64,000 bases of DNA, from contig SHZC01000001.1 in the NCBI GenBank assembly GCA_009692505.1, positions 21,701-85,700 on the forward strand, given 5' to 3'. The stretch is from Myxococcales bacterium. GTDB taxonomy: Bacteria > Myxococcota_A > Bradymonadia > UBA7976 > UBA1532. The notes beneath the pieces are model-generated. The model saw nothing but the letters and a program-made list of their open reading frames with translations. It was not told the origin of the DNA and did not search any database. This document shows positions 8,328 through 20,200 of the stretch, one piece after another. The stretch's first letter is position 1. Each line of letters begins with the position of its first letter. Made by a program: the position numbers and the translations under genes.

Positions 8328-10370
8328 ATGCGTCTTTGTCCGACCCACCGTTCGCTGCGGTCCGCCCGTTTCGCTGCCAGCCTCATGGCCTGCCTCACGG
8401 CCTGCGATGACTCCACAAGGCCTTTTGTACCGGCTCCGATGAGTGGCCTCGACATGGCCATGCCGCCGAGCGGCGGGCCGTCGAACTTCACCGTGACGCT
8501 TGACGAGCCCGTCGACGGCGCGCTGCTCAACTCACGCGAGGTCATCGTCCGAGGGCGACTGACCGGCGGGGCCGCGAGCGTCGACGTGAACGGCACAGAG
8601 GTCAGACCGAGCGACGACGGCACCTTCAAGATCACAGTCGAGCTCGCGTCCGGGCTCCAGACGATCACCGCCAAGGCGGGTGATGCGACCGACGTGGTTA
8701 GCGTCACGATTGACCCGCACCCGCCTCGGCTCGTGGTCACCCACCCTCCCCGGGGCACCTATCACCTGGAGGCCGAGGTTCCGCTGCGGTTCACCGCCAC
8801 CGACGAGTCGGCGCTCTCTCGGGTGACCTACCTCGACCGGGATGTGCCGCCCTCACTGGGGCCCGACTTCGAGCTGCCGATCATGCTCGTGGATGGCCTC
8901 AATCTCATGCGGCTCAACGCCACGGACGTCGCGGGCAATGAGGCGCGGGAGAGCGTGGCGGTCTTGCATGGACCGACCCGGGATCCAGAAGCCCCCGTCG
9001 ACGGTGCCTTCCGCCTGCGACTGGGACCCCGCGGCCTCGTCGCCCTGAGTCGGCGCACAGCGAGCCTCCTTGATGCTCGAGACCTGAGCTTGCTGTTGCC
9101 GGAGGCGCCCCTGATGTTCGCGGGCATCGAGGTGACGATCGCCGACGTTCGTCACGCCCGTCGGTCGAGCCTGGAGTTGACGCCGGACGGAGACCGACTC
9201 GGCGTCACACTGACTCTCTCGGAGGTCGCCGTCGAGGTCGACCTCAAGATCAACGGCGTCCACCACCCAATTACCGCGATCGCCGACACGCTTCAGGTCG
9301 TGGGGTTCATCGTCCCCAACGTCGTCGACGGACGGCTCGAGACCTCACTCTTCGACCTCTCGGTGGAGCTGACGAACCTCCAGGTCGACCTCGTCGGACT
9401 GCCGGAGTTCGGCGCCCCGGGTGGACCCGAGTCCGCGTTTGAAGGCGCACTCGAGTCCGTCACCCAGCGGCTCGCCGGTGACCTCTTACCCAGCGCGATC
9501 AACGAGGCGCTCGGAGGGATCGATACGACGATCCCGGTCACGCTGCTCGGCGTCGCGCTCGAGATCGTCGTCAAGCCCGAGACCATCGTCGTCAGCCCGC
9601 TTGGGCTCTCCCTGCGGGCGTCTGGGGCTGTTCGCCTCGTGAATCCGCCCGTGGGTACCGCGAGCGTGCCCGGGCCCCTCGGCAAGCCCTCTGGATGGGA
9701 CGGCGTGCCCGAGACGGAAGACGCGGCTATCGCCATCGACGACGACTTCGTCAACCTGCTTGTCTATCAACTCTACCGATCCGGCGAGCTCCTGCCTGTG
9801 CTCGACTCGGCGTTCTTCGCGAGGAATGCCGGGGCCGGAGACCTCCTCGCGAGCCTGGCCGACAGCATCACCGACACCGCAGCCCCGGATCTGGTCGCCG
9901 GTACGCCGGTCGCGATGGATCTCAGCGCGCCGCTGCCTCCGGTCATCCGAGTGCTGCCCGCCCTGTCCGGAGCCGGCCTCTCCGTCGGTCTCGGCGACGT
10001 CGCCGTGCACCTGCGGACGGACAACGCCGCGCGACAGACCCTCGTTGACTGCGCCGTCTCCCTGCTTCTCGAGGGCGAAGCCTCCGTCGTGCCAGCGGTC
10101 GAGAACGTCTCGGCGTCCCACATCGGCGTCGAGCTGTCCCGCAACAACGTGGCCTTTGATGTGACGACCGACACACTGCGGGGTGAGGTCGAGGCAAAGA
10201 TCGAGGCGCCCATCGTCGCCGTCCTCGACTCACTCTCCAGCGTCCTGCCTCAGATTCTGGCCGGGATTCCTCTGCCCGCATTCGACGCCCTGCCGCTCAC
10301 GGACTTCAGCTTGGGCGTCGCGGGTCCGGAGGGCGACTTCCTGCGTATCGAGGGCACGGTCGTCCCCTGA
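8328..10370 (+). CDS. Lipoprotein with two Ig-like domains and a C-terminal BPI/LBP/CETP-like (TULIP) region
   Basis: ATG 8328, lipobox LTAC; Ig-like repeats ('VDVNG...GTFKITVEL.SGLQTITAKA', 'GLNLMRLNATDVAGNE'); BPI-like motifs RLGPRGL, IDDDFVNLLVYQLYRSG, APLPPVIRV, GIPLP...DFLRIEGTV. Confidence 0.7.
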   Translation: MRLCPTHRSLRSARFAASLMACLTACDDSTRPFVPAPMSGLDMAMPPSGGPSNFTVTLDEPVDGALLNSREVIVRGRLTGGAASVDVNGTEVRPSDDGTFKITVELASGLQTITAKAGDATDVVSVTIDPHPPRLVVTHPPRGTYHLEAEVPLRFTATDESALSRVTYLDRDVPPSLGPDFELPIMLVDGLNLMRLNATDVAGNEARESVAVLHGPTRDPEAPVDGAFRLRLGPRGLVALSRRTASLLDARDLSLLLPEAPLMFAGIEVTIADVRHARRSSLELTPDGDRLGVTLTLSEVAVEVDLKINGVHHPITAIADTLQVVGFIVPNVVDGRLETSLFDLSVELTNLQVDLVGLPEFGAPGGPESAFEGALESVTQRLAGDLLPSAINEALGGIDTTIPVTLLGVALEIVVKPETIVVSPLGLSLRASGAVRLVNPPVGTASVPGPLGKPSGWDGVPETEDAAIAIDDDFVNLLVYQLYRSGELLPVLDSAFFARNAGAGDLLASLADSITDTAAPDLVAGTPVAMDLSAPLPPVIRVLPALSGAGLSVGLGDVAVHLRTDNAARQTLVDCAVSLLLEGEASVVPAVENVSASHIGVELSRNNVAFDVTTDTLRGEVEAKIEAPIVAVLDSLSSVLPQILAGIPLPAFDALPLTDFSLGVAGPEGDFLRIEGTVVP

Positions 10371-10372
10371 CG

Positions 10373-11224
10373 TCAGTCCGTTTCGTGCTCGCCCGCACGA
10401 AGCCTCAGGATGGCGCGGTAAGCCTCGTCCCGATTGGCCCCCGTCCGCCGCGTGAGCTCCTTCGCCGCGCGAGCACCTCCGAAGCCCTCATCGATGATCG
10501 TCTGGGCAATCTTCTGAAGGTCATCCTCCGTTGGCGCTTCATCACTCTCGCGTCCGCCGATGAGCAGGACAATCTCGCCGCGATTCTTGCCAGGGGATGT
10601 GGACAGCGCGAGGAGGGTGTCGCGCCGGAACTCCTCGTACATCTTTGTCAGCTCCCTCGCGACGACGGCCGGGCGGCTCGGGCCGAAGACCTCCGAGGCC
10701 AAGGCCAGGATGTCGTCGAGGTCGTGGGGCCCTACGTATAAGATCAAGGTCTCCGTCGCGCCGGACAACTCCTCAAGGAACCGTCGGCGAGCTTCGAGCT
10801 TGGCCGGCGGAAAGCCGACGAATCGGAACCGATCGGTCGGAAGGCCAGAGGCCGACAAGGCCGTGATCGCGGCGCACGGACCGGGAATGGGCACGACCGT
10901 GTACCCACCCGTGACGGCGGCTTTGAGCAGCGGATAGCCCGGATCGCTGATCGTGGGCGTCCCCGCATCGCTCACGAGGGCCACGTCACGGCCGCTCTCC
11001 AGCACCTCAATCACGAGCGGCGTCTTGGCCTCTTCGTTGTGTTCGTGGAACGCGACGAGGCGGGGCCGCGCCACACCGAGCAGCTCGAGGAGCTGCGAGG
11101 TGCGGCGCGTATCTTCACAGGCGATGACGGTCGCCTCACGGAGCGTGCGGAGGGCGCGCAGCGTGATGTCTTCGAGGTGGCCGATGGGGACCGCCACCAC
11201 GAAGAGCCGGCCTCGCTCAGCCAA
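10373..11224 (-). CDS. rsmI: 16S rRNA (cytidine1402-2'-O)-methyltransferase
   Basis: 'LFVVAVPIGHLEDITLRAL', 'IACEDTR', 'VSDAGTPTISDPG', 'ARELTKMYEEFRR'; start TTG ~11224 overlaps the upstream stop. Confidence 0.95.
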   Translation of the reverse strand: MAERGRLFVVAVPIGHLEDITLRALRTLREATVIACEDTRRTSQLLELLGVARPRLVAFHEHNEEAKTPLVIEVLESGRDVALVSDAGTPTISDPGYPLLKAAVTGGYTVVPIPGPCAAITALSASGLPTDRFRFVGFPPAKLEARRRFLEELSGATETLILYVGPHDLDDILALASEVFGPSRPAVVARELTKMYEEFRRDTLLALSTSPGKNRGEIVLLIGGRESDEAPTEDDLQKIAQTIIDEGFGGARAAKELTRRTGANRDEAYRAILRLRAGEHETD

Positions 11225-14200
11225 TCGCCAACCCAAGCGCCTTGCGAAGCTTGAAGTAGTTCTCGGAGAGCGCGTACAGCACGAGCTCGCGCACACGATC
11301 CTGAACGGGCGCCTTGCTGAACTGGCTGGTCTCGTTCTTCAAGCACCGAACCGCCGCCCCGAGATCGTTGCTGAGCAATAAGCCGAGCCGATTGGACGTG
11401 TGCTCGACCATCTCGAGCCACTTCGAGAGGTTCAGGTGCTGAGCCGGGTTCTCACTCATCTTGGCGATGATCTTGGCGATCTCCTGGAGGTCGGCAGGCG
11501 GGATCTGCCGATAGGCTTCGAGCAGGCCATCGTCCTTGAAGGGCACCTCCGCCGACGGATTGACCAGCTTGGTGACCGTGTAGATGATCGTCGAGAGGCG
11601 CGACTTCCGGCGCTCGTAGGTCGTGTCGATGGTGGCCAGGTAGTAATGCTGGCCCATCATGAACAGTTGCTTCGAGACGATGAACGCGAGCTCCTGCAGC
11701 GACCGGCCGGTCAGCACATCCCCGCCCACCAGAACGGCGGGAGGATTGAAGTTGCCGGTGATCATGCCGCTGCCGCCATCCGGCAGACGGAAGACCTCAA
11801 CCCGCGAGAGCCGGGTGACCTGCGTCACATAGTTGAACACGCTGTTGAACGGCGTCTGCTCGGCCGCGTCGACGAGGTCCTTCTTCTTGTGAAGCTTGAG
11901 ATCCTTATGCTGCACGGCCATGAGCGGCACGGTGTACTGGTACATCCGCTGGCACATATGGGCGAGCATCAAGCTGAGATCCGGGTGGTAGACCAGCCCC
12001 CACTGCTCGTTGTCCAAGGCCTTCCGGGCCTGCGTCAGCGTCTTGGAACGGTACTTCTCGAAGAAGGCGCGCTCGTCGGGGTTGGCGTGACCGAGGTACG
12101 AGAGCACCTGACAGACACACCAAGCCTCGTCGTACTTGCCGCTCTCCATGAACAGCCGCCGAATCTGCTGGTAGCTCTCAATGCTCCGCGGGTTGAGCTC
12201 GATCATCCGGTAGTGCTCGGCAATCGCCTTATCCACCTCGTCATTGAGCTCATACAGCTCGGCGATGATCGTATGCGCCTGCAAATCTTCCGGCTGCTTC
12301 GTCAAGGCGATTCGATACGCCTTGATCGCTTCGTCGTACTTCTTCAGCCGGGTCCGGTTGATCTCCCCGAGGTTGCGAGCCAGGCTCACGACCAGAGAGT
12401 CTTCCAACTTCTGCTCCATCGCGCGCTTGAGCATCTTCCGGTAGTACCGGTCCTGCCGCTCGTAGTCGCGGTCGTTGGTGAGGATCTGATCGATCGCCTG
12501 GAAGGCCTTCAGCATCCCCGGATCGGCATCGAGTGCCTTGTCGAGCGTGCGTACGGCCGAGAAGTTGTCCTTTAGCTCGTCCCGCTGAATCACGCCGATG
12601 GTGTAGTAATACTTGCCCTGGCGCGCCAGATCCCGCTCCAGCTCAGCGAGCTTCGTCAGGATCTCCACCGCGTCCGCCCACTGGCGGGCCTCCTGATACA
12701 GGTCCAAGAGCTTCCCGAGCACCAGACGGCTGTCCGGCTGCGTCGAGAGAGCCTCTTTGTACGCATCCACGGCACCGCGCGTATTGCGGAGCTGCTCGCG
12801 CATGATGTCGCCGATCGTGACCAACGACTGGAAGCGGTCAGCCGCGTCCGTGCTGATCTGAACGAGCTGGCGACGGTAGTGGATGACATCTTCCCAATCG
12901 CCCTGCTTCTCATGCAGATCAACGACCGCACGCAACACTCGGTCTTCCTGCGCGCTCAGTTCGAGCGCCTTGCGGAAGAAGTCGAGGGCCTTTCGGCGCT
13001 CACCGACCTTCAGCTTGATCTGACCTTGACGATAGAAGACATCGACGACGTCGTCTCCGGTCAGGTTCTCACGGTGATGCACCAGAATGGTCTGGTAAAT
13101 CTTGAAGGCCCGGTCCCAGTCCTCACGGCGGAACAGGAGCTGCCCCATGCCCTGTAGAGTGGGCAGGTGCGTGCTGTCGAGCTCGTAGGCCTGCTTGTAG
13201 TGGACGAGCGCCTTCTCGTCTTTGTGGAGCTGCTCCCCGACGAAGCCGAGCTTGTAGTTGAGCTGCTGGAGCTCACGGATGTCGGCGTTGTTCTTCGTCC
13301 GATCGGCCAGAAGGAGGTCGAGCAGAGGCTCGGCCCGCTCCCACCGGGAGTCCGCCATGTAGACCTCTACGAGAGGTACCGCAGCCACGACGTTGTCGGG
13401 GTGCATGTCCATCGCCTGCTCGTAGTAGTCGTTCGCGGTGCTCTTGTCGCCGAGCTGGATATCGTAGACAGCACCAATCTCGCAGAGTGCCGCGCTCTTC
13501 TCCGGGAAGCTCCGCGTGGACGCCTCGATCATCTTCAGCGTGCGAACGACCTCGGCCCACTCCGCCCGCCGCTCATGGAGGCCCTTCAGAGCCTTGAGCG
13601 CGTTAAGGTAGGTCGGATCGTGTTCCAGCGCGCTCTTGAACCAACGCTCGGCCTGATCAAGATCGCCCACTCGGTCCTCGTAGATCTTGCCTACGCGGTA
13701 CTGACGGTCGAGCACGGTGGCTCGGTCGGTCTGAAGGTGGGCTTCCCGGCTGAGGGCGTCGATGGCGTTGGGCCAATCTTCAACCTGGACGAACAACTCC
13801 CCGAGGGCCGTCAGCGTGGCGAGGTGGCGTTCGTCGATCTCCAGGATGGGCGTGAGGCTTTCAATCGCCGCGTACACATCCCCCATCGGGCCGCGATAGA
13901 TCGCCGCGAGGGCCGTGTAGACCGGGATCTTCGCCTTGGGATCAACGAGCGCCGCGCAGTGCTCCCGGTAAGCGTCTGCGAGATCATGCCACTGCTCCCG
14001 TTCGCGATAGAGCCGCTCGAGCGCCCGCATGGCCGGGGCGTGAGTGGCATCAGCCGTGAGCATCTTGCGACAGGTGTCGATGGTCGACGCCTTGTCACCG
14101 AGCTCTTCCTCCTGAATCAGCGCGATGCGCCCAAGAATGGCCAGCTGCTGTGCGGGCTCGGTCCGCACGTTCAGCATCATCTCGAAGACATCGAGCAGGT

Positions 14201-17200
14201 CGTTCCAACGGTCCTGGGCCGTGTAGAGCTTCTCGAGCGCGCTGATGGCGTCGAGGCAACGATCGTCCACCGACAGCGCCGTTCGATAGGCCTCGATGGC
14301 GCGCTCGGGCGAGCCGAGCCGGCCCTCCCAGAGTTCGCCTATCCGCAGGTGCGTCTCGACGATGCGGGCGGATTCGTAGATGACCTGCGCCTGACGACCC
14401 AAGATCTGTACGAGATCCTGCCACCGCTCGCGGGTCGCGTAGAGTCGCTCAAGCGCCTCGAGCGTCGGCAACTCCGTATCGTCGATGGCCAGAACCTGTC
14501 GCCACGCATCGATGGCACCGTCTGGGTTCTCCAAGCGGTATTCGAGGATGCGGGCCATCTTCTCGAGAGCCTGCTTGCGCTCGTCCGGCTCGTGCGAGAG
14601 TTGGGCGCGGCGACTCAAGACCGCCACGACCTCCGGCCACTTGTTGTAGCGCTCGAGCAGGCTCTCCAACGACGCCAGCGCCCGCACGTTGTCGGGCTCG
14701 GCCGCCAGCACATGCTGGTAATGGGTGCCCGCGTGCTCGGGCGTCTGCAACTCTCGGTCATAGAGCGCGGCGACTCGAAGCCGGAGAGGTACGGCCTCCC
14801 GCGTGCTGCCGATGGTCTGGATGACCCCTTCGTACAGCGACACGAGGTCGTCCCACTTGTCGCCGAGGCCGGCGAGGCGCTCGAGTTCGGCGCCGATCGC
14901 CTCATCGTCGCGGGTCTCCTCGAAGGCTTTGCTCAGGACGAGGAAAGCATTGTCGACGCTGTCGAGCCGCGACTCGAACGTCTGCGCGGTCTTCCGGAAG
15001 AGCTCCGCCCGCTCAAACGAGTCGGTGGTGTGCTCAAGGCGAACGAGGAGCAGGTTGACGAGATCCTCCCACTGCATCTCGGCCGTGTAGAGACGCTCAA
15101 GCTCGTTGGACGCGTCGAGGTTCGACGGCTGAAGCTCGATGATTTGGGCGTAGGCCCGCTTCGCGCCCTCCGACTCGCCGATGTTCTTCTCCCACATCTC
15201 GGCGACGCGGAAGAGGATGCTCACCCGATCGAAGACGTCGGAGGTGTTGTCAGCCTTGCGATCAAGGACCTCGACACAGGAACGCCAATCCTCGGCGGCC
15301 GTATAGAGCGCCTCGAGAGCGTCGATGGCGTCGTCGTCCGCCGGTGCCTGACTGAGCACGTTGGACCATGCCCGGATGGCCTCGGTCGGGTCCTCGAGTG
15401 ACTTTTGGTACAACTCGCCGAGCTGCCGATGCAGCTCGATGCGCCGCTCGTCACCGTTTGGGAGGATCTCCAGCAGGCGGTGGTCGATTCGAGCGAGCTC
15501 ACTGAACTCCGCCGTACGCTCATGCAACCCGCGGACGGCCCAGAGCGCCGCCTCATTGTCGGGTGCTCGCTGGAGGACCTTCTGCCAGTTCTCCAGCGCG
15601 TTTCGCTCGCGGTCGAGGTAGTCACCCCAGACTCGCCCGAGCTTGCCGTACAGTTCAATCTCTCGGGCGACGTCGTTGTCGAGGAGCGTGACCTGCCGAT
15701 CGCAGACATCAACGAGCTCACGCCACCGCTCCTGCTGTTCGTGGAGCGTCTCGAGCGCCGCGAGTGCCTCGCTGTCCTCGCCTTTGAGGTCAAGGACCTT
15801 ATTCCACAAATCGATGGCGTCGTCTGGCCGAGAGAGCCGCTCCGACGCGATCCGGGCCTGGCGCGCATACAAATCGGCCTGGATGGACTCGCCTTCAGCG
15901 ACCTCCGCCTGGCGATTGTAGACGTCGAACAGCGGCTCCCATTCCTCGCGGGCGAGGTAGATCTGTTCCAGCCGGCTCAGCGCCTCGGCGTGGTGGGGCG
16001 CCTGCTCGATGATGCCCCGATACTGATCAACCGCGAGATCCAACTCGGCCAAATAGGTCTCGTAGACCTGGCCCAAGCGGAACATATACGAGAGGAGCTG
16101 GGCCTCGTCGTAGGTCGCACCAATCTCGCGTCGAAGGACGTTGACCAGATCGGGCCAGCGGTGTGCGGTGGCGAAGAGCTCGTCGAGCCCCAAGAGCGCC
16201 GCCGCATCGACCGGATCAATCTCGAGCGCGTATTGGTACATCCGCTCGGCCGACTCGTCGTCCGAGAGCCGCTCGCGGAAGACCGTGGCCATCTCGTGGC
16301 TCAGCGACCGCATGAGCTCGACGTCCTGCGTTTGGTGAAGCACCTTGTTGTAGGTGACGACGAGGTCATCGAAGCGCGAAGTCGCCTGGGCCAAGCGCCC
16401 CAAGGCCTTGCGCGCCTCCTCGTCTTCGGGCGTCTCCTCCAGCGCGAGGGCGTACCAGTCAAAGGCCCGCGACTCGTCGCTCAAGCTCTCGAGGCAGAGC
16501 TCGGCGAGACGATGCAGATGCTGCATCCGGTCATCGCCGGGATTCTGGTGCACAAGGAGGGCCTCAAGGAGTCCGTGCAGGCGGACCCAGTCGGCGCGCT
16601 TGACGTAGAGAGGCTCGAGGATGAGGCCAATCTGCGGCTGCTCGTGGTTCGCATCGAACAAGCGGACGAGCGCGAGCACGGCATCCCGCTGCTCGGCCTC
16701 GTCGAGCAAGACATCCTTGTAGCAGGCGATGGCCTGAGGCACGTCGTCGAGCGCCGTCTCGTAGAGACCACCGAGGCGGAGCAAGAGCGGTATCCGCTCC
16801 GCCGCCTGCTCGGCCTTCGTGACCTCGACCCGCAGGACCTCCGCCAGCTCAGCCCAGAGGCCCTCTTTCTGGTACAGACGATCCAGCGCGAGGATCGCGC
16901 CCTCGTGCTCGGCCTCGAACTCAAGGACTTTTCGATAGTTTTCGATGGCCTCGAGGTTCTGACCGATCTCCTCTTCGTACAGGCGGCCGACGCGGAGGTA
17001 GAGATCCCGGGACACGTCGTCGCTGTGGATCTTGCCGAGCTGCTCCTCAATGAGGCCGACGAGCGCGCCGAACAGATCCGAACTCCGAGCGACGCGCTCG
17101 AGCGCGACGACCGCGGGCTCATGAGTCACGTCTTCTCGGAAAGCATCCGCATAGGCCTCGAACGCCCGCTCCCCGTCCGCCAGCATGTCCTCGAACGCAG

Positions 17201-20200
17201 CACCAACCTGCATCTGAAGCGCGGTCCGAGCGTCGACCACGGTGGTGACCTCGATCAGCGACTTCCATGCGCCGATAAGGCGGTCCCAGGCACCCGAAGC
17301 CGTAAAGATCGGTTCGAGCACGGACGCAGCGGCGCGAGCCTCACGGTCGTTCTTGATGAGCGCCTCAAGCGCCTGCAGCGAGGGCTCGTGCGAAGCCACC
17401 TCGATGAGGATGGCCGCGTACCCTTCGACCGCCTGAGCGACCTGATCGAGCGCGGAATCGTAAAGGTGCGCGATGCGGTGGTGAAGTGCGATCTGGAGTT
17501 CGGGCTCGCCCACGACCGCGACCTCGCGCTCAAGAATCGCGAGCAGCTCCGGCCAGCTCTCAAGACGCCCGTAGAGGCGATCGAGGCACTGAAGCGAAGT
17601 CAGGTCTTGAGCGTCCCACGAGAGCACCTTCTGGTACGTCTCGACCGCTCCCTTGAGGTCGTCAAGCTCGCGCTCATACGCCGCGCCGATGACATAGTAG
17701 ATATCCTTGCGGGCGGCCAGGTCCGACGTCAGCGCGGACTTGCGATGGAGCACCTCCAGAAGGTCCTCCCACTGCCCCAGTGCGAGGTAGATACGCTCGA
17801 GCGCGTCGAGGGCGCGCGCGTCCACTTCGTCAATCTTGAGAATCGCGCAGAAGATCTCCACGGCCCTTTGGGGATCGCCGATCATCTCCTCGAAAAGGGC
17901 GCAGATCCGGAAGAGGAGCTCCTTCTTCGGCTCGATCTCTTCGGTCAACTCGCTCTTCTGCAAGAGGACCGCGACGAGCTCGTTCCACTGCTCGGTCTGG
18001 AAGTAGATGTCTTCGAGCGCGCCGATGCACTCGAGGTCCGTGTCATCGGCCCCGAGGGCCGCCTCGAAGTGACGACGCGCGCCCTCGAGATCACGGAGCT
18101 GCAGCCACTGAACACGCGCCACGCGCTTGTGGATGTCGATGGCCACCACGACGTCGGAGATGTCGTCGACCTCCGACTCGTAGACGGCGGCGAGATCCGA
18201 ATAGCTCTCCAGCGCCTCGGAGATTCGGTGCAGTTCGGCGAGGGTCTTGGCGTTCGCGGGCTGCACGGCGAAGGCCCGCGCATACGTCCGAAACGCATCG
18301 TCGGGCGCGCCGCCACGACTCTGATAGAGCTCGGCGATGCGATGGAGCAGCGCGACCTGCCGCGAGCCCTCGGCGGCGTGTTCACGCTGGATCTCGTAGA
18401 CCCCGATGAGCTTCTGCCACTCGTCCTGCGCCCGATAGATGGGCTCGAGGATGTCGGCGATCCGGGACTGAAAGTTGCCCTCGGCCGAGAGCCGCTCGAG
18501 CGCCGACAAGGCCGCCGCATTGGCGGCCTCGGCGGACAGGACCGACTCATAGACCCCAATGGCCTGCTGGACGTCTCCAAGCTCGCCCTCGGAGAGCGCG
18601 CCCAAGCGGACACGCAGGGCGGTCTGCGCCCCAACGTCGGTCGCTATGGCGAGCTGCCGCTCCAGCACATCGGCGAGCTCGGCCCAGGCACCCGTCTGCG
18701 CGTACAGTCGATCGAGCACCTGAAGCGCGCGAAGGTTGGAAGCGTCCGCCTCGAGGATCTCCCGGTGCGTGACGATGGCCTCCGAGGTGTCCCCGAGACG
18801 GTTCTCCAGCAGCTCGCCGATGTTGAAGAGCAGGCCTTGGCGGCCAGCCGGGTCTTCGCTGAGCTCAACCTTGCGGCGCAGAATGAGGAGCAGGTCTTCG
18901 AACGACTCCGTCCGCAGGTACAGTCGCTCAAGCGCGTTGATGGAGACCTGATTCGCCGGCTCGATCGCCAGCACGCGATTGTGCGCGTCGATCGCGTTGC
19001 CCGCGTCGTCGAGCTGCTCTTCGTAAATTCCAGCCAACCGGGAAAGGTGGCCGCGCCGCAGTCCGTCGTCTCCAACGTCGGGCAAGATGGCCTCAATGAG
19101 GCTCGACAGCTCGCCGAACTTCTGGCCGACCTGGGCCAGCTCGGTCAGGCGACCGATGGCCGTCACGTTCTGGGGCTGCTCGGTCAGCGCGCGCGCGAAC
19201 GCATCGAATGCGGCATCGACATCGCCGATTCGGCTGGCCTGGAGTGAGCCGATTCGCTCCAAGAGCACGAGGCGCTTCTCAAGCTCGTCTGTGTCCTCCA
19301 ACTCAATCTCAAGGACCCGAACGAGCCCGGTCCACTCCCCCTGATGTTCGTAGATCGGCTCAAGAATCCTCGACACTTGGGCGCGTGACGCGCCATCGCT
19401 GAGCAGTCCCTCAAGCGCGGCGCGCGCCGCCGCGTGACGAGGCTCCGCGTGCAGGACGTCCTTGAAGACCTCGATGGCCTCGTTCGTGCGCCCGAGCGCG
19501 TTGAGATCCACCAAGCCGATCTGGAGCTTGAAGGCGAGGAGATCCCCCTCGCCGGACGACACCGCGAGCCGGAGTTCCTGACCGAGGACATCATGGAGAT
19601 CTTCAAATCGCTCCAAGCTCTCGAAGAGCCGGTGCAGCGACTGAAGAGCCTCGCGGTCCGATCCATCTTCACCCACGATCGCGCGGTACTTCTCGATGGC
19701 CGAGTTGGCGTCATCGAGCTGCTCCTCGAAGATGCTCCCCTGCTTGCGGAGGAGCCCCTTGCGCTCCTCGACGGAGTCCGCCAGCGCGAGCTTGCGATCG
19801 ATCACCTCGAGCAGGTCAATCCACGACGCGGAGCGAGTATAGAGCGCCTCTACAGCGTCGAGCGCGACCCGATTCTCACCATCGATCGACAGCGCGTCGT
19901 TGTACCGAGACAGGGCGTCTTGGGGCTGCCCCATCTGCGTATCGAGCAAGCGCGCGAGCATGAGCGTGAGTTCGACCCGCGCCCCTTGATCATCGTTCGC
20001 CGCGCCGAGGGCCGAGACGAGGTCGTCGTGCACGGTGGACCACTGGCCCGTCACCGCCCCGAGGCGCTCGAGCTCGGCCCGGGCTTCGGCGTCGGTCGGG
20101 TTCTCGTTCAAGACACGGCGGACCGACTCGAAGGCCGCATCGGGGTTGCGAAGATGCTGTTCCTGGGCCCGCGCGCTCCGCATCATTCGAAGCTTGCGCT

